A stretch of 64,000 nt of DNA, taken from the NCBI GenBank assembly GCA_963767735.1, contig CAVYES010000005.1, positions 224,001 through 288,000 of the forward strand. Reading direction: 5' to 3'. This document shows, in pieces, positions 48,188 through 58,697 of this stretch. Source of the stretch: Candidatus Bathyarchaeota archaeon (GTDB taxonomy: Archaea > Thermoproteota > Bathyarchaeia > Bathyarchaeales > Bathycorpusculaceae). The position numbers and the translations under genes are program-made. The notes below the pieces were generated by a model. That model did no database searches. It was not told the origin of the DNA and was given only the letters and a program-made list of their open reading frames with translations. Numbering within the stretch: the stretch's first letter is position 1; each line of letters starts with the position of its first letter.

Positions 48188-48964
48188 TTACTGTTTTCTT
48201 CTATTATATGCATATACTCCAGATACTACCAAGACTGCGATTAGGGCTACTGTCACGATCATTTCGGCTGCGTTTGAAAATTCGGGTACTGTTGGAGTCG
48301 GTGATGTGGTGGTGCTGATTAGAGAGAATACTGGCTGGTAGCTGTATGTGTATCCGTATCCGTGGTCTACGTCGTAGGGGTTGTTTGTGGGTGTGTCTGT
48401 GAATGCGTATGCTCCGTGTGTTAGAGGATATCCGCCGATTACCCAGTTGTCGAATTTCCAGCCGCTTGCAGCAGTGGCTGTTAGACTGAAGGCTGAGGCG
48501 TTGGATAGGTCGTAGGTTCCTGGGCCTGGTGCTGTGGTTCCTCCCACTGCGGATAAAACTACGACAATTGCGTCAGTGGTTGTTGGTGGGGATGCTACGG
48601 TGATGGGTATTGTAAAGTTTAGTTCTGTATAAACTGGTTCTATAGTGTAGGTTGTTGCGGTGAATGTGGTTGTCAGTGGGTTTGATATGGATGATGTTGC
48701 TCCCGAAAGACTGCTGGAGATAATCCAGTAGCTGAATACGTAGTAGCTAGATGCTGGGGTTGCGGTAAAGGTGTACGATGATCCGGCAGTGTCGGTGTAG
48801 GTTCCTGCGGCTGGACTAGTTGTTCCGCCTATTGCCCCTAAAACAGTTACAGTGGCGTTTCCTTGTGCACTCACGGTTGAAACGCTTAAACATATGGCTA
48901 GTAATAGAAGTGCGGTTATCGAAGTTAAAACCAGAGTTTTTAATTTTTTTGAAGATTTTAACAT
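48188..48964 (-). CDS. Surface protein with two InlB-B/Flg_new-like repeats and PEF-CTERM sorting signal
   Basis: Signal peptide; GGTTSPAAGTY / GGTTAPGPGTY repeats; VPEF plus TM plus RRK tail. Confidence 0.8.
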   Translation of the reverse strand: MLKSSKKLKTLVLTSITALLLLAICLSVSTVSAQGNATVTVLGAIGGTTSPAAGTYTDTAGSSYTFTATPASSYYVFSYWIISSSLSGATSSISNPLTTTFTATTYTIEPVYTELNFTIPITVASPPTTTDAIVVVLSAVGGTTAPGPGTYDLSNASAFSLTATAASGWKFDNWVIGGYPLTHGAYAFTDTPTNNPYDVDHGYGYTYSYQPVFSLISTTTSPTPTVPEFSNAAEMIVTVALIAVLVVSGVYAYNRRKQ

Positions 48965-49449
48965 TTTTATTCATGCTCGCAAAAACTATATGCGTTGTTC
49001 AAGGGAAACTGAATCAAATTTCACTATATTTAACTTTGTGACTGTATTATAGCAACAACAAAGGAAGCTAATAATGTTCCAGAAACAGCCTTTTCACATC
49101 CATTAATGTCTCATCAAGACCGTTAAACCGTGGCTCTCGCGCTCTGACTTGCCCCTTAATCATGTTGTAAAGCCTCGATCTTAAAAGAAACAGACACAAA
49201 CAATGCAAAACGTATAGAGGAGAATACTATACTAGCCGCTTCTACAAGTAAAAAGATAGCAAGTTGCGTCTAAGCATAAAGAAGCCAGCAAAATACCGCG
49301 AGCAGTTAATTAAGCCGAAAAGATTACCACTGTTGATACATCGTGAGAGGCTCGCTAAGCCAATTAGTTAATGCTGAGAACGTTTTTGCGACCAATTGGA
49401 GGCTTAACTTTTTCTGGATTTATATATTCTAAAATCAATAGGTTAATGG

Positions 49450-50160
49450 TTGCAAGACCAATTGGCAAGGAAACAACAGATGAGTAACAGGCAAAAGTTC
49501 GAGCAGGATTTAACCGTCCTATTATCAAGGTTAACAAAAGATTCCGATAAAAAAGCTGAAAACAAACTAAACATGCTAAAAGACTGGCTGGTAAAGCTGC
49601 AAAAAGAAAACATTTTAAAAATCAATCATTCCGTAATGGAGCTTGTTTGCGCCAAATATCTTATTCAAAAAGGCTACGAAGTTCAGCTTGAATATCCGTT
49701 AAACGAAATTTTAACCTGCGATTTATACGCCATAAAAGGTTATGGAAACCTAGTCGTTGAGGTAGAAACTGGTTATATTCCTCCTGAAAACGCTTTGGCT
49801 CCATTAACTTACACTTCTGCAAGGTTGGCAAGCAAAATAATACGGTACAGTAGTTTTGCAGGAAAATTCGCGTTAGGCGTACCACCACACTATATTCTGC
49901 CTTTTCCCCGTGCGCTTTCTAAACCTCCAAGAAACCGAACAGAACAAGAAATAACGCAAATAAAAAAGCTCTGTGATGCCTACTACCAGAAACCGCCTGT
50001 AACTCTTGAAGAAATACGCAATGCACGCATTCATGAAATCTACATAATTGATGTTGACCGGGCCAAAGTCCAAGAAATCGACCCTGAAGCTTACCTCAAA
50101 AGAGCAATGCAAAAAGGCATAGTATACGATTATCTTCCATCTGAAAATAGGGAACCATAA
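49450..50160 (+). CDS. Hypothetical protein, PD-(D/E)xK nuclease-like
   Basis: YEVQLEYPL...CDLYA...VVEVETG pattern. Confidence 0.6.
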   Translation: MQDQLARKQQMSNRQKFEQDLTVLLSRLTKDSDKKAENKLNMLKDWLVKLQKENILKINHSVMELVCAKYLIQKGYEVQLEYPLNEILTCDLYAIKGYGNLVVEVETGYIPPENALAPLTYTSARLASKIIRYSSFAGKFALGVPPHYILPFPRALSKPPRNRTEQEITQIKKLCDAYYQKPPVTLEEIRNARIHEIYIIDVDRAKVQEIDPEAYLKRAMQKGIVYDYLPSENREP

Positions 50161-50161
50161 A

Positions 50162-50431
50162 ATGCCATTTTACGTTTACATTTTACTTTGTTGCGATGGA
50201 AGTTTCTACACAGGCTACACCAAGAACTTAGATGTAAGAACAAAACTGCATCAAAACGGAAACGGCGCAAGGTACACAAAATTACACAAACCCCAAAGGA
50301 TTGCTTACGTTCAACTGTTTGATTTACGAAGCGAAGCCATGAAGCGCGAAAGGGAAATAAAAAAGCTGAGCCATCAACAAAAACTTGCCTTAGTAAGCTC
50401 ACAAAGCAAAAATAAACAAAAAACAGTTTAG
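50162..50431 (+). CDS. GIY-YIG nuclease (UPF0213)
   Basis: FYVYIL.C.DGSFYTGYT...GARYTK...AMKREREIK. Confidence 0.92.
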   Translation: MPFYVYILLCCDGSFYTGYTKNLDVRTKLHQNGNGARYTKLHKPQRIAYVQLFDLRSEAMKREREIKKLSHQQKLALVSSQSKNKQKTV

Positions 50432-50517
50432 TGCAAATTTTTTTTATGTTTTTTATCAATCAGAACACGCATTCTGCATTCAAAAGAGTGCAACTCAATT
50501 GTCCAAATCACAATAAT

Positions 50518-51651
50518 CTAGCTAGTCTGTTGTTTTCCATTTTTGTAATTGTGCAGTTCCGATAATCTGAGAAGCGTCTCCTTGTAAACAGCAATCGCAT
50601 CCAAATACTCGCTTATCTCAATATGCTCATCCAACGTGTGATCAAGATGTGAGTCACCTGGACCATAAGTTACAATTGGCAAATTCATGGATTTGCCGAG
50701 GATGTTCATATCCCCTGTTCCCGTTTTATGAAGAAGCATTGCCGGTTTGTTTAGTACCTTTCTAACAGAAGAAGAAAGTAGATGCACCAATGGTGAAGCC
50801 TTGTTAACTTCGAATGGCTCGACGGTATCTTGAACGGTTGCTTTTACAGAAACCTTTGGATTGGCAGCTTGGTACTTGGTAATGATCTTCTCTATCTGCT
50901 CAAAAACCTGAGCAGTGGAAAACTGTATCGGCACTCGGACGTCAAGGTTCATTTCCACCTCAAAAGGAACAACGGAGGTTGCTCTTCCCCCAACAACTTT
51001 GACTAAACAGGCAGTCACAGCATTGTATGGACTAGCTGAAGGATCAAGCGACGGATATGAAGAAGCGTTTTTGATTTGTTCCCAAAGCTCATACGCTTTC
51101 TCCAAGGCATTATCGTAAAGCCAAGGCGTAGACGAATGCCCCGTTTCAGTTTTGCAAACGATTTTGAGTTGGATTTGCCCTTTGTAGCCGATGGTTATGT
51201 TCTCAACGCCGCTGGGTTCGCCGAAAATGGCGTAGTCAGCTTTAATTCCCTGGGTTATCAAGTGCTTGACGCCTCTGCTGGTGGCTTCTTCTTCAACAAC
51301 GCAAGCAACCAAAATTTCACCCTTAAACCCAGGCTCCTTAGCAGCTGCAACCGTAGCTATGATCATTGCGGCAAGCGGGCCCTTCGCGTCTACAGCACCT
51401 CGAGCGTAGATTTTGCCTTCTTCAATCCGAAGCGGCAAATGCCCTGCTACAGTATCCATATGCCCGCACAGCAGGATAACGGGCTCGCCTTCACCTACGA
51501 CGCCGATTACATTTCCAATAGCGTCTTTGCCAACCTCGAAACCCATCCGCTTCATTTCATAGGCTAAGAAGTTAGCTGCGTCCTCTTCTTTTCCTGAAGG
51601 GCTATAAATGCCCAGAAGGTTAGTTAGAAACCGTACTGCTTGCTCGCTCAT
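50518..51651 (-). CDS. lysK: [LysW]-lysine/ornithine hydrolase (M20 family)
   Basis: GHMDTV, GRG-like ARGAVDAKGP, VEEE and YGPGDSHLDHT motifs. Confidence 0.92.
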   Translation of the reverse strand: MSEQAVRFLTNLLGIYSPSGKEEDAANFLAYEMKRMGFEVGKDAIGNVIGVVGEGEPVILLCGHMDTVAGHLPLRIEEGKIYARGAVDAKGPLAAMIIATVAAAKEPGFKGEILVACVVEEEATSRGVKHLITQGIKADYAIFGEPSGVENITIGYKGQIQLKIVCKTETGHSSTPWLYDNALEKAYELWEQIKNASSYPSLDPSASPYNAVTACLVKVVGGRATSVVPFEVEMNLDVRVPIQFSTAQVFEQIEKIITKYQAANPKVSVKATVQDTVEPFEVNKASPLVHLLSSSVRKVLNKPAMLLHKTGTGDMNILGKSMNLPIVTYGPGDSHLDHTLDEHIEISEYLDAIAVYKETLLRLSELHNYKNGKQQTS

Positions 51652-52831
51652 TTTCCTCTTCCCCAAAAACCTCATCTAAAACCAAGACTGCCCGATCAAT
51701 CTGTTCTTTCTCAATAACCAAAGGTGGCAAAAGCCGAACAACTGTTCTTCCAGCATCAAGGACCAAAACACCTTTTTCCACCGCTTTGAGAATTACGTTA
51801 TGGACGTCAAAGCGTAGTTCCATGCCAAGCATTAAGCCTAAGCCGCGAATTTCCTTGATTATTTTGTGTTTTGCCTGCAAATCTTCCAGTTGAGCTTTGA
51901 AATACTTGCCCAGAGTAGCTGCTCGGTCTGTGAGTTTTTCTTCTACAAGCGCATCTATGGCGGCGCATCCTGCGGCACAAACTAGTGGGCTTCCGCTGAA
52001 AGTGGTTGAGTGCTCACCGATTTTGAGCGCTGACATAATGTTTTCTTTTGCAACGGTTATTCCGATGGGCAAGCCGCCTGCAAACGGCTTCGCTAAACAC
52101 ATGATGTCGGGGGTGACACCCCAGTTCTGGCACCCGAACAGTTTGCCCGTGCGCCCAAAACTGGTTTGCACTTCATCAAAAATTAACAAAACATTCTTCT
52201 CATCACAGATTTGCCGCGCAGTCTGCAGGTAACCGTCAGGTGGAACACGAATGCCGCCCTCCCCGCGAATAGGCTCCATCAAAACCGCGGCTGTTTTCTC
52301 AGTTATCGCTTCACGAATTTTCTCGGGGTTATCAGGGGCTACATGCTTGAACTCGGGAACCAGAGGCATGAAAGGCTCGCGGTATTTCTTGTCCCATGTT
52401 GCCGATAGCGCACCCATGGTTTTGCCATGAAAAGCACCCATCAGAGCAATTATTTCTGGTTTGCCCGTGTATTTGCGGGCGAGTTTTATGGCACACTCGA
52501 CTGATTCGGCGCCGCTGTTTGAAAGGAACGCTTTATCCAAGCCGTTCGGCGTTATCTTTACAAGTTTTGTTATGAATTCGGCTCGTTTGTCGTTGTAGTA
52601 GCCGCTGTGACATGTAATAAGCTGCTCTGCTTGAGCTTGGATGGCTGCTACAACTTTTGGGTGGCAATGCCCCAGCAAAGCTACTCCGTAGCTGGTTGAG
52701 CAATCCAAGTATTCTTTGCCGTTTATATCCCAGACAAGCGCGCCTTTGCCTCTTGTAAGTACGATTGGTTTTTTGGAGAAAACATTCGCCATGAACCGAT
52801 TTTCAATATCCATGATTTCTTTGTCATTCAC
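51620..52831 (-). CDS. lysJ: [LysW]-semialdehyde aminotransferase (ArgD family)
   Basis: NSGAES, FHGKTMG, FDEVQT and LAKPFAGG motifs; lies in the lysW operon. Confidence 0.92.
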   Translation of the reverse strand: MNDKEIMDIENRFMANVFSKKPIVLTRGKGALVWDINGKEYLDCSTSYGVALLGHCHPKVVAAIQAQAEQLITCHSGYYNDKRAEFITKLVKITPNGLDKAFLSNSGAESVECAIKLARKYTGKPEIIALMGAFHGKTMGALSATWDKKYREPFMPLVPEFKHVAPDNPEKIREAITEKTAAVLMEPIRGEGGIRVPPDGYLQTARQICDEKNVLLIFDEVQTSFGRTGKLFGCQNWGVTPDIMCLAKPFAGGLPIGITVAKENIMSALKIGEHSTTFSGSPLVCAAGCAAIDALVEEKLTDRAATLGKYFKAQLEDLQAKHKIIKEIRGLGLMLGMELRFDVHNVILKAVEKGVLVLDAGRTVVRLLPPLVIEKEQIDRAVLVLDEVFGEEENERASSTVSN

Positions 52832-53642
52832 CAGTTATCACTGTCCCAACTTTATGATTCAACGCGCAACTAATAGGCTGATTTCCCGTGCCCGCCGTAA
52901 CTAAAACTTCCTTAACGCCCTGGTTCAAAGCGTCCAGCGCCGCGTGGACTTTGGTGCTCATCCCTTGCCCAATGCTTGACATGACCTCTTTAACCTCAGT
53001 TGCACTAATCTTTGGAACACACTCACCTTTGAGCATTAAGCCTGCCACGTCGGTGAGCAGTATTAAGCGGTCTGCTTTGAGGGCGCCTGCAATTATAGCG
53101 GCTGTTCGGTCGCCGTCCACATTGAGTGGTTCAGAATCTTGGCTAAGAGCTATAGGTGTCACAATTGGCACATAGCCTTTTTCAAGCAGAAGGTTTAGCA
53201 GTTCAGAGTTAACGTGGGTTATTTTTCCTGTGTAGCCGCCGTCGATAACTTTTTTTCTGCCCCGTTCATCAATGTGGATGAGTTTGGTTTTTCTTTCAGC
53301 TTTCAAAGTTGCCGCATCTAAGCCGGTTATGCCTACAGCTTGGATGCCTTGGCTTTGCAATGCTAATACAATTTGCTTGTTAATTTTGCCCGCCATAACC
53401 ATCGTGTAAATTTCAATTGTTTCTTTGTCGGTGTAGCGGCTTCTGAACCCTTCAGGTGAAATTATGAATTTTTGTTCTTTGCCAAGCTTAGACGCGATTT
53501 CGGTGACTTCAACGCCGCCGCCGTGCACAAGGATAACTTTGTTGGTTTTGGATACTTCTTTTAGGTCGGCAACTAAATCTTGGGATGCGCCTTCTTTGAG
53601 TATGCTTCCGCCCATCTTAATTACAAGCAGCATAGCTATCAC
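52824..53642 (-). CDS. lysZ: [LysW]-aminoadipate/glutamate kinase
   Basis: KMGGS, VHGGG, SRYTD and LNVDGDRTAA motifs. Confidence 0.93.
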   Translation of the reverse strand: MIAMLLVIKMGGSILKEGASQDLVADLKEVSKTNKVILVHGGGVEVTEIASKLGKEQKFIISPEGFRSRYTDKETIEIYTMVMAGKINKQIVLALQSQGIQAVGITGLDAATLKAERKTKLIHIDERGRKKVIDGGYTGKITHVNSELLNLLLEKGYVPIVTPIALSQDSEPLNVDGDRTAAIIAGALKADRLILLTDVAGLMLKGECVPKISATEVKEVMSSIGQGMSTKVHAALDALNQGVKEVLVTAGTGNQPISCALNHKVGTVITGE

Positions 53643-54693
53643 ATCGGATGGAAACCAGTACTCTTCAAGCCGGTGGTCTCATCAATGCCCATGAGAATAT
53701 TCATGCATTGTACGCCTTGACCTGAAGCGCCCTTGGTCATGTTATCGAGGGCTGAGAAAAGCAAAAGCCGATTCGCATGATCATCAATCTCAAAGCCGAC
53801 GTCACAGAAGTTTGTGCCCATCGTCACTTTCGGATCAGGCAACTGGTACGGTCCTTTCTGATACTTCACCAAACGCAAAAACGGTTCATTGCCATACATT
53901 CCGCGGAGAGCTTTCCAAATATCCTTGTTCTCTAACTTTTGTTTTGGAAAAGTGTGAATAGTTGCAAGGATTCCGCGTACCATGTTCACGGCGTGAGGAG
54001 TGAACGATATTTTTACTGGTTCATTCGTTAACGCGTTAAGTTCTTGCTCAACTTCGGCTATGTGGCGGTGCCCAACAACTTGTAGGGTCGCACTCCGCTA
54101 AAGCGTTCAGGATGATGCGAAGACGCGGTTGGTTTGCTGCCGCCGCCGGAAGAACCAACTTTTAGGTCAACCACAATCTTGTCTTTGTCAACCAGTCCAG
54201 CTTTCACTATAGGCGCTAAGCCCAAAATGGCGGATGTTGCCATGCAGCCTGGGCAAGCAACAAGTTTTGCGTTTTTTATTTCTTCCCGATGAAGCTCGGG
54301 CAAGCCGTACGCTGCTTCTTTGAGCATTTCTGGGTGGGCATGTTTCCAGCCATAGTAGGTTTCGTAGTCGGCTGGGTTTTTGAGGCGAAAATCAGCGCTC
54401 ATGTCGATTACTTTTAAGCCTGCCTCTAAAAGTTTAGGAACTAAGTTAACTGAGCCACCATGTGGGGTTGCTGTGAAGATCAAGTCGCAGTTTTTCTGCA
54501 ATTCAGCCATATCTTGGGGCACAAATTTTAGTTGGGTCAATCCTCGCAGGTTCGGGTGTACATTGAAGACGTATTCTCCTACGCTTTGGCGTGAAGTAAC
54601 CATAGTTACCTCTGCTTGCGGGTGAAGAAGAAGCAGCCGCAGAAGTTCGCTGCCAACGTATCCTGAACCGCCAATTATTCCAATTCTCAACAT
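53639..54693 (-). CDS. lysY: [LysW]-aminoadipyl/glutamyl-phosphate reductase, split by a 1-bp deletion near 54080
   Basis: GGSGYVG and ACPGC in the first frame; GHRHIAEVEQEL, FTPH..MVRGI and DNMTKGASGQ in the second. Confidence 0.9.
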
Positions 54694-54713
54694 GTTTTTT
54701 CCTCGTTACTTGA

Positions 54714-55899
54714 TTAATGGTCAATTAGGCTCTGCGCACCCTTCAAGAGTGGAATCGCTACATTGTAGCCTGTTGCAAGCCGAGTGTTCTCCCAGAACTC
54801 TGGGCAAGAATTCGACTCATGAAACACCAATGCGCTCTTATTTTTTTCTACGCTTTCTTCAATTATCTTTTTAATATTTTCGTAATGTTCACTGTTTGCG
54901 TAGCCTTTGAAGGCTTTTTCAAGTTTACTGTTCCATCCTTGGAAGTCAGTTAGGCGAGTTTCATCCTGCTTAACCTTTTGAACAGGCACAAACGCTTTTG
55001 CAGCTTTATCAAGTTCACCTTTAAGGTAAGCGTCATCAACCTGCTTGTTTTCTTTAACGTTCACCATGGCGTCTAAAGCGAAAATCCATGCTTCACTGCC
55101 TTTGCCAAGGGTTTTGCCACATTTCACCGCCAACTCCTGAATGCTTTTGGGTAGTTTGGCGCCGAAAACCAAGTTGCCCAAGAAAGTGTTTGTTCTAAAA
55201 TCCTTAAAGCCGGCTCTCGCCATTGCAATGTGGATAGCAAACGGGTTGTTTACCTTTTTCTTTGTGAACGATTATTCTTAAATCGTAAAACCACTTTTGA
55301 ATCAGTTCCTGGGCGACTACGCCGACTGGGTTGATTATTGAGGGTTTTGTTTCTTGGATGTTAGCGATGAGTTCTTCATTGTTTTTTGCAAGCATGATCA
55401 TTTTGCCATGTGTTCCAGCATCAGCTTTAATCACTATACCTTCTGATAGAGGAATTTCTTGTTGAAACAGTTCCGCAATGTCTTTTTCGTTGTGAATTAC
55501 TTGCCCATTCTTCAAAGTGTCAGTTGAGTCGCATGGAACGTAAACTGTTTTGGGAATCGGTATGCCTTCTTTCCAAAGGTGAAGTAATGTGCGTAGTTTG
55601 CTGTAGCAGATAAATTCGCTTTGCGAAGAGTTTAATGTTTTTTTGCCAAGCATTTCCATGATGTATGAGGCTTGGAGACGGCGATTTTTGCTTTGTGCAC
55701 GGTTAAGCACAACAGCGGTGTCATTGATTATGCTTGTGTAGTCTTTGCCTTTGGTTTTAGCGTTAAAGCCATCTTTGGAGATTGACAAAGCGATTTTTCG
55801 AAATGGCAGAAAAGTAAGGTCAATGCCTAATTGCTGTGCGGTTAGTTTTATGCCGTTTTCATCGTTTTCAGACCGCTCATACAAAAGTGCAATGCTCAT
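54714..55899 (-). CDS. lysX: LysX/ArgX-type ATP-grasp ligase (divergent, long), split by a 1-bp insertion near 55230
   Basis: LNRAQS, GIPIPKT, QELI...DLRIIV, then FRTNTFLG and HESNSCPEF in the next frame; directly after lysW. Confidence 0.8.
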
Positions 55900-55971
55900 C
55901 GCTTTCTGCTTCCACTAAAAAAATTATTCAAAAAACTGATTAAAATAATGAAGGCTGGTTAGGGATACTGT

Positions 55972-56157
55972 TTATTCGCCCCAGTCTTCTCCTTCAATAG
56001 TTAATTCTTGAAGGTCTACGCATCCGCCTTTTACTTGTTTAACTTCAAGTTCAAGTCCGCATCCGGGGCAACTTAGAATTTCTCCTTTTTCTGTGTCTGA
56101 TGGAACATCAAGATCTGCGTCACAGTCGGGGCATTTTGCCTTGGTCATAGCCTTCAT
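55972..56157 (-). CDS. lysW: Amino-group carrier protein LysW
   Basis: CPDC...CPGCG zinc finger and C-terminal EDWGE. Confidence 0.97.
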   Translation of the reverse strand: MKAMTKAKCPDCDADLDVPSDTEKGEILSCPGCGLELEVKQVKGGCVDLQELTIEGEDWGE

Positions 56158-56441
56158 TTCTGAGGGTTTGAATTTACTGGTTTAATCATTTTTATTCGTC
56201 ACTTTATTTATTTCGGAAATGTCTTTTTGATTAATTCGACTTTAATTTAAACATTGTGACTTATTTGTTACAACTTGAATTTTTAATGTTCCATTTGGTG
56301 CAGTAACCAGTATAAAAAGGACTTAAAAAACGAAAAAAGCGCAATAAACAAGTAAAGACAACGAAATCCGCAATGCTACTACAAAGCTTTAATGGGGAAA
56401 TCGTTAAATTTTTCTATCAACAATAACATTCGGCGACAAGA

Positions 56442-56853
56442 ATGGATGAAAAAGATAAAGAAATAATCAAACTTCTAAAAGATGACTCAAGAGCAGGCTA
56501 CGGCGAAATAGGCACAAAAGTAGGCTTATCCGAAGGTGCAGTGCGAAAAAGAATCAAAACATTAAGCGACCAAGGGGTCATACGAAAATTCACAGTAAAA
56601 ATCAGCCGTTGCAGAAGGCGCTCAAGCCATAACTTTGCTTGCAACCAACCCAGCCCACCCAACACAGGAAGTATCAAAAAAAATCCAAACAATCCCAAAC
56701 GTTGAAACAACCTATGAAGTCAGCGGCGAATACGACATCGTGGCAGTTATCAGCGGAATGAACATGACAGAAGTTAACGAGTGCATAGAAAAAATCCGCA
56801 TGGTAGAAGGCATAGTGAAAACCAACACAATGATCGTCCTACGCAGCTCCTAG
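56442..56853 (+). CDS. lysM: Lrp/AsnC regulator (LysM-like), split by a 1-bp insertion near 56606
   Basis: HTH LSEGAVRKRI..GVIRKFT in the first frame; RAM domain YEVSGEYDI in the second; divergent from lysW. Confidence 0.85.
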
Positions 56854-57092
56854 CCGTCTCTGCCAGATCAGCCCCAAAATTTTGAGAGAACAACAGTCTA
56901 ACCCATAAAAAACAAAGGGATTAATTCGAGCTTTTTGTTAAAATACCTCGCTTTAAGCTCTCTATTTGTTTGTTCGTATTAGAGTCTTGAAAGTTGTTGA
57001 ATCGTAGAGGTGTTGAACAGAGCGACCGGTGCCGAATTAAAGCAATAAGATTTATTAATACTTACGATACAGTTTTCATTTGGGCAAGAAAA

Positions 57093-57728
57093 ATGGTTGA
57101 AAAATTACAAGAAAGCGCGCAGACTTTAAAATGCTTAAACACTATAGAAATCGAAGCTTTTGGACTCTATGAAGTGTTATCCAAGAAAATGAATCCTCCG
57201 GAGAGCAGCTTTGTTTTATGTTTAGCATATGACAGCCTAAAATGCGCAAAGATAACACAGGGAATACTTGACTACATTGACCTACCTGAAACAGAAAACC
57301 TGAACTGCAAAAAAAACCTTGCAGAAATCGCGAACAACATTTCCAAATTTAACAGAAAACTATCCAAAACAAATAACCTAAATTACGAGCTTTCCTGCGA
57401 AATACTGAAAGAATTAACTACTCTAGAAGATCAACTCAGCGAAGTCTACACCAATTACCTGCAATCCCCCGCAATTAGAAATATAGCCGATGAATTTTCA
57501 AAACTGGCCTTAAATTTGAGCAATTTCAAGAAAATCTTTGAAACCATAATAGAGCAAAAACAAAAACACCGAGAAATCCTCATCGAAATAATATATTGCT
57601 TTGAAGCAAAAGAAGCAGAACGACTCCGAACCATGGCGCCAACATTCAAATATAAAAACCCCGACGAATGGATCCACGAATCCACACTTCACGCTTTCAC
57701 AGACACACAAGTCAAAGAAAACGTTTAA
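57093..57728 (+). CDS. Ferritin-like fold hypothetical protein
   Basis: Helical protein with IEIEAFGLY..AYDSLKC and LEDQLSEVY..QKHREIL pseudo-repeats. Confidence 0.55.
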   Translation: MVEKLQESAQTLKCLNTIEIEAFGLYEVLSKKMNPPESSFVLCLAYDSLKCAKITQGILDYIDLPETENLNCKKNLAEIANNISKFNRKLSKTNNLNYELSCEILKELTTLEDQLSEVYTNYLQSPAIRNIADEFSKLALNLSNFKKIFETIIEQKQKHREILIEIIYCFEAKEAERLRTMAPTFKYKNPDEWIHESTLHAFTDTQVKENV

Positions 57729-57775
57729 AATCCCTTTTTCTTATCCAAAAGCAGCATTTCCTTAGTTTATCATCG

Positions 57776-57862
57776 CGGCACTTCTATTAATGGACCTGTC
57801 ACGGCGGGCAAAGCCTTCTGAGCTGTCAAACCGAAAACGGCAAATACCAAAGCAATAACTGC
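57776..57862 (-). pseudogene. acr3: Remnant of an ACR3 arsenite exporter C-terminus
   Basis: Reads AVIALVFAVFGLTAQKALPAVTGPLIEVP, matching the ACR3 signature GPL(I/V)EVP; flanked by frameshifts and stops. Confidence 0.65.
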
Positions 57863-57983
57863 ATAAGGAGAACATTGCTAAAAACAAAATGGAGACAAAT
57901 GCAATCGCTAATGCATTCAAACTTCCTTCTCCTTATGAAGCAAGAAGTTACCGATTAATCGAAATTATCTTATAAGATTTTGC

Positions 57984-58697
57984 TTAAAACTTTATTTTCT
58001 TAATTCTCTCTACACCGCTAACGGCTCCAACGTAGGCGATATCGGTTAACCCGACAAAAAAACCAGTTTCCACAACGCCCGGAATCATCTTCAACTTTAC
58101 TTCCAACTCTGCTGGTTTAGCTACCTCACCAAAATAAGAATCAAAAATGGCGTTACCATTGTCAGTTATCACCGGACCAAGCTTTCCTTTGCCTTCACGC
58201 AAAACAGGCTGTCCATCTGCATCAATAATTTTTCGTTTTACCAGTGATAGGGCAAAAGGCAAAACCTCAATCGGCACAGACTGGTTATTTTCACCTAGCA
58301 CTTTCACTTTTTTCTTCTCATCAGCAATAATAATGTTAAGTTTAGAGGCGGCAGCAACAATCTTTTCCCTCGCCAAGGCTGCACCCATACCCTTGATCAA
58401 AAATAATTCAGGAGTCACTTGGTCTGCACCGTCGATGGTCACGTCTATTTGTGGATGTTCATCTAAAGTTGTGATGGGAATTCCACATTCGACACCTAAC
58501 AGGAAAGCTTGGTACGAAGTGGGAATACCCATGACACGCAATTTTTCGCGTTTTATTCTTGCGCCTAATGCTTCTATGGCAAACGCGGCGGTACTTCCGC
58601 TTCCTAAACCAACGATAAAGCCATCCTTGACGTGTTTAACCGCCTCTAAGGCCGCCCTCTGTTTTGCCTCTTGAACTGGGTCAAGGTTAACTTTCAA
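57984..58697 (-). CDS. rpiA: Ribose-5-phosphate isomerase A
   Basis: GLGSGST, DGAD, KGMGAALAREK and TDNGN motifs. Confidence 0.97.
   Translation of the reverse strand: MKVNLDPVQEAKQRAALEAVKHVKDGFIVGLGSGSTAAFAIEALGARIKREKLRVMGIPTSYQAFLLGVECGIPITTLDEHPQIDVTIDGADQVTPELFLIKGMGAALAREKIVAAASKLNIIIADEKKKVKVLGENNQSVPIEVLPFALSLVKRKIIDADGQPVLREGKGKLGPVITDNGNAIFDSYFGEVAKPAELEVKLKMIPGVVETGFFVGLTDIAYVGAVSGVERIKKIKF

Noticed and set aside
49080-49400. Hydrophobic reading-frame fragments in the intergenic region
   Set aside because: Interrupted by stops with no recognisable family, so a call cannot be supported.
56158-56300. Short uORFs upstream of lysW (MFKLKSN; MIKPVNSNPQK)
   Set aside because: No Lys/Arg run beyond what A-rich sequence gives by chance; the adjacent Lrp/LysM regulator explains control.
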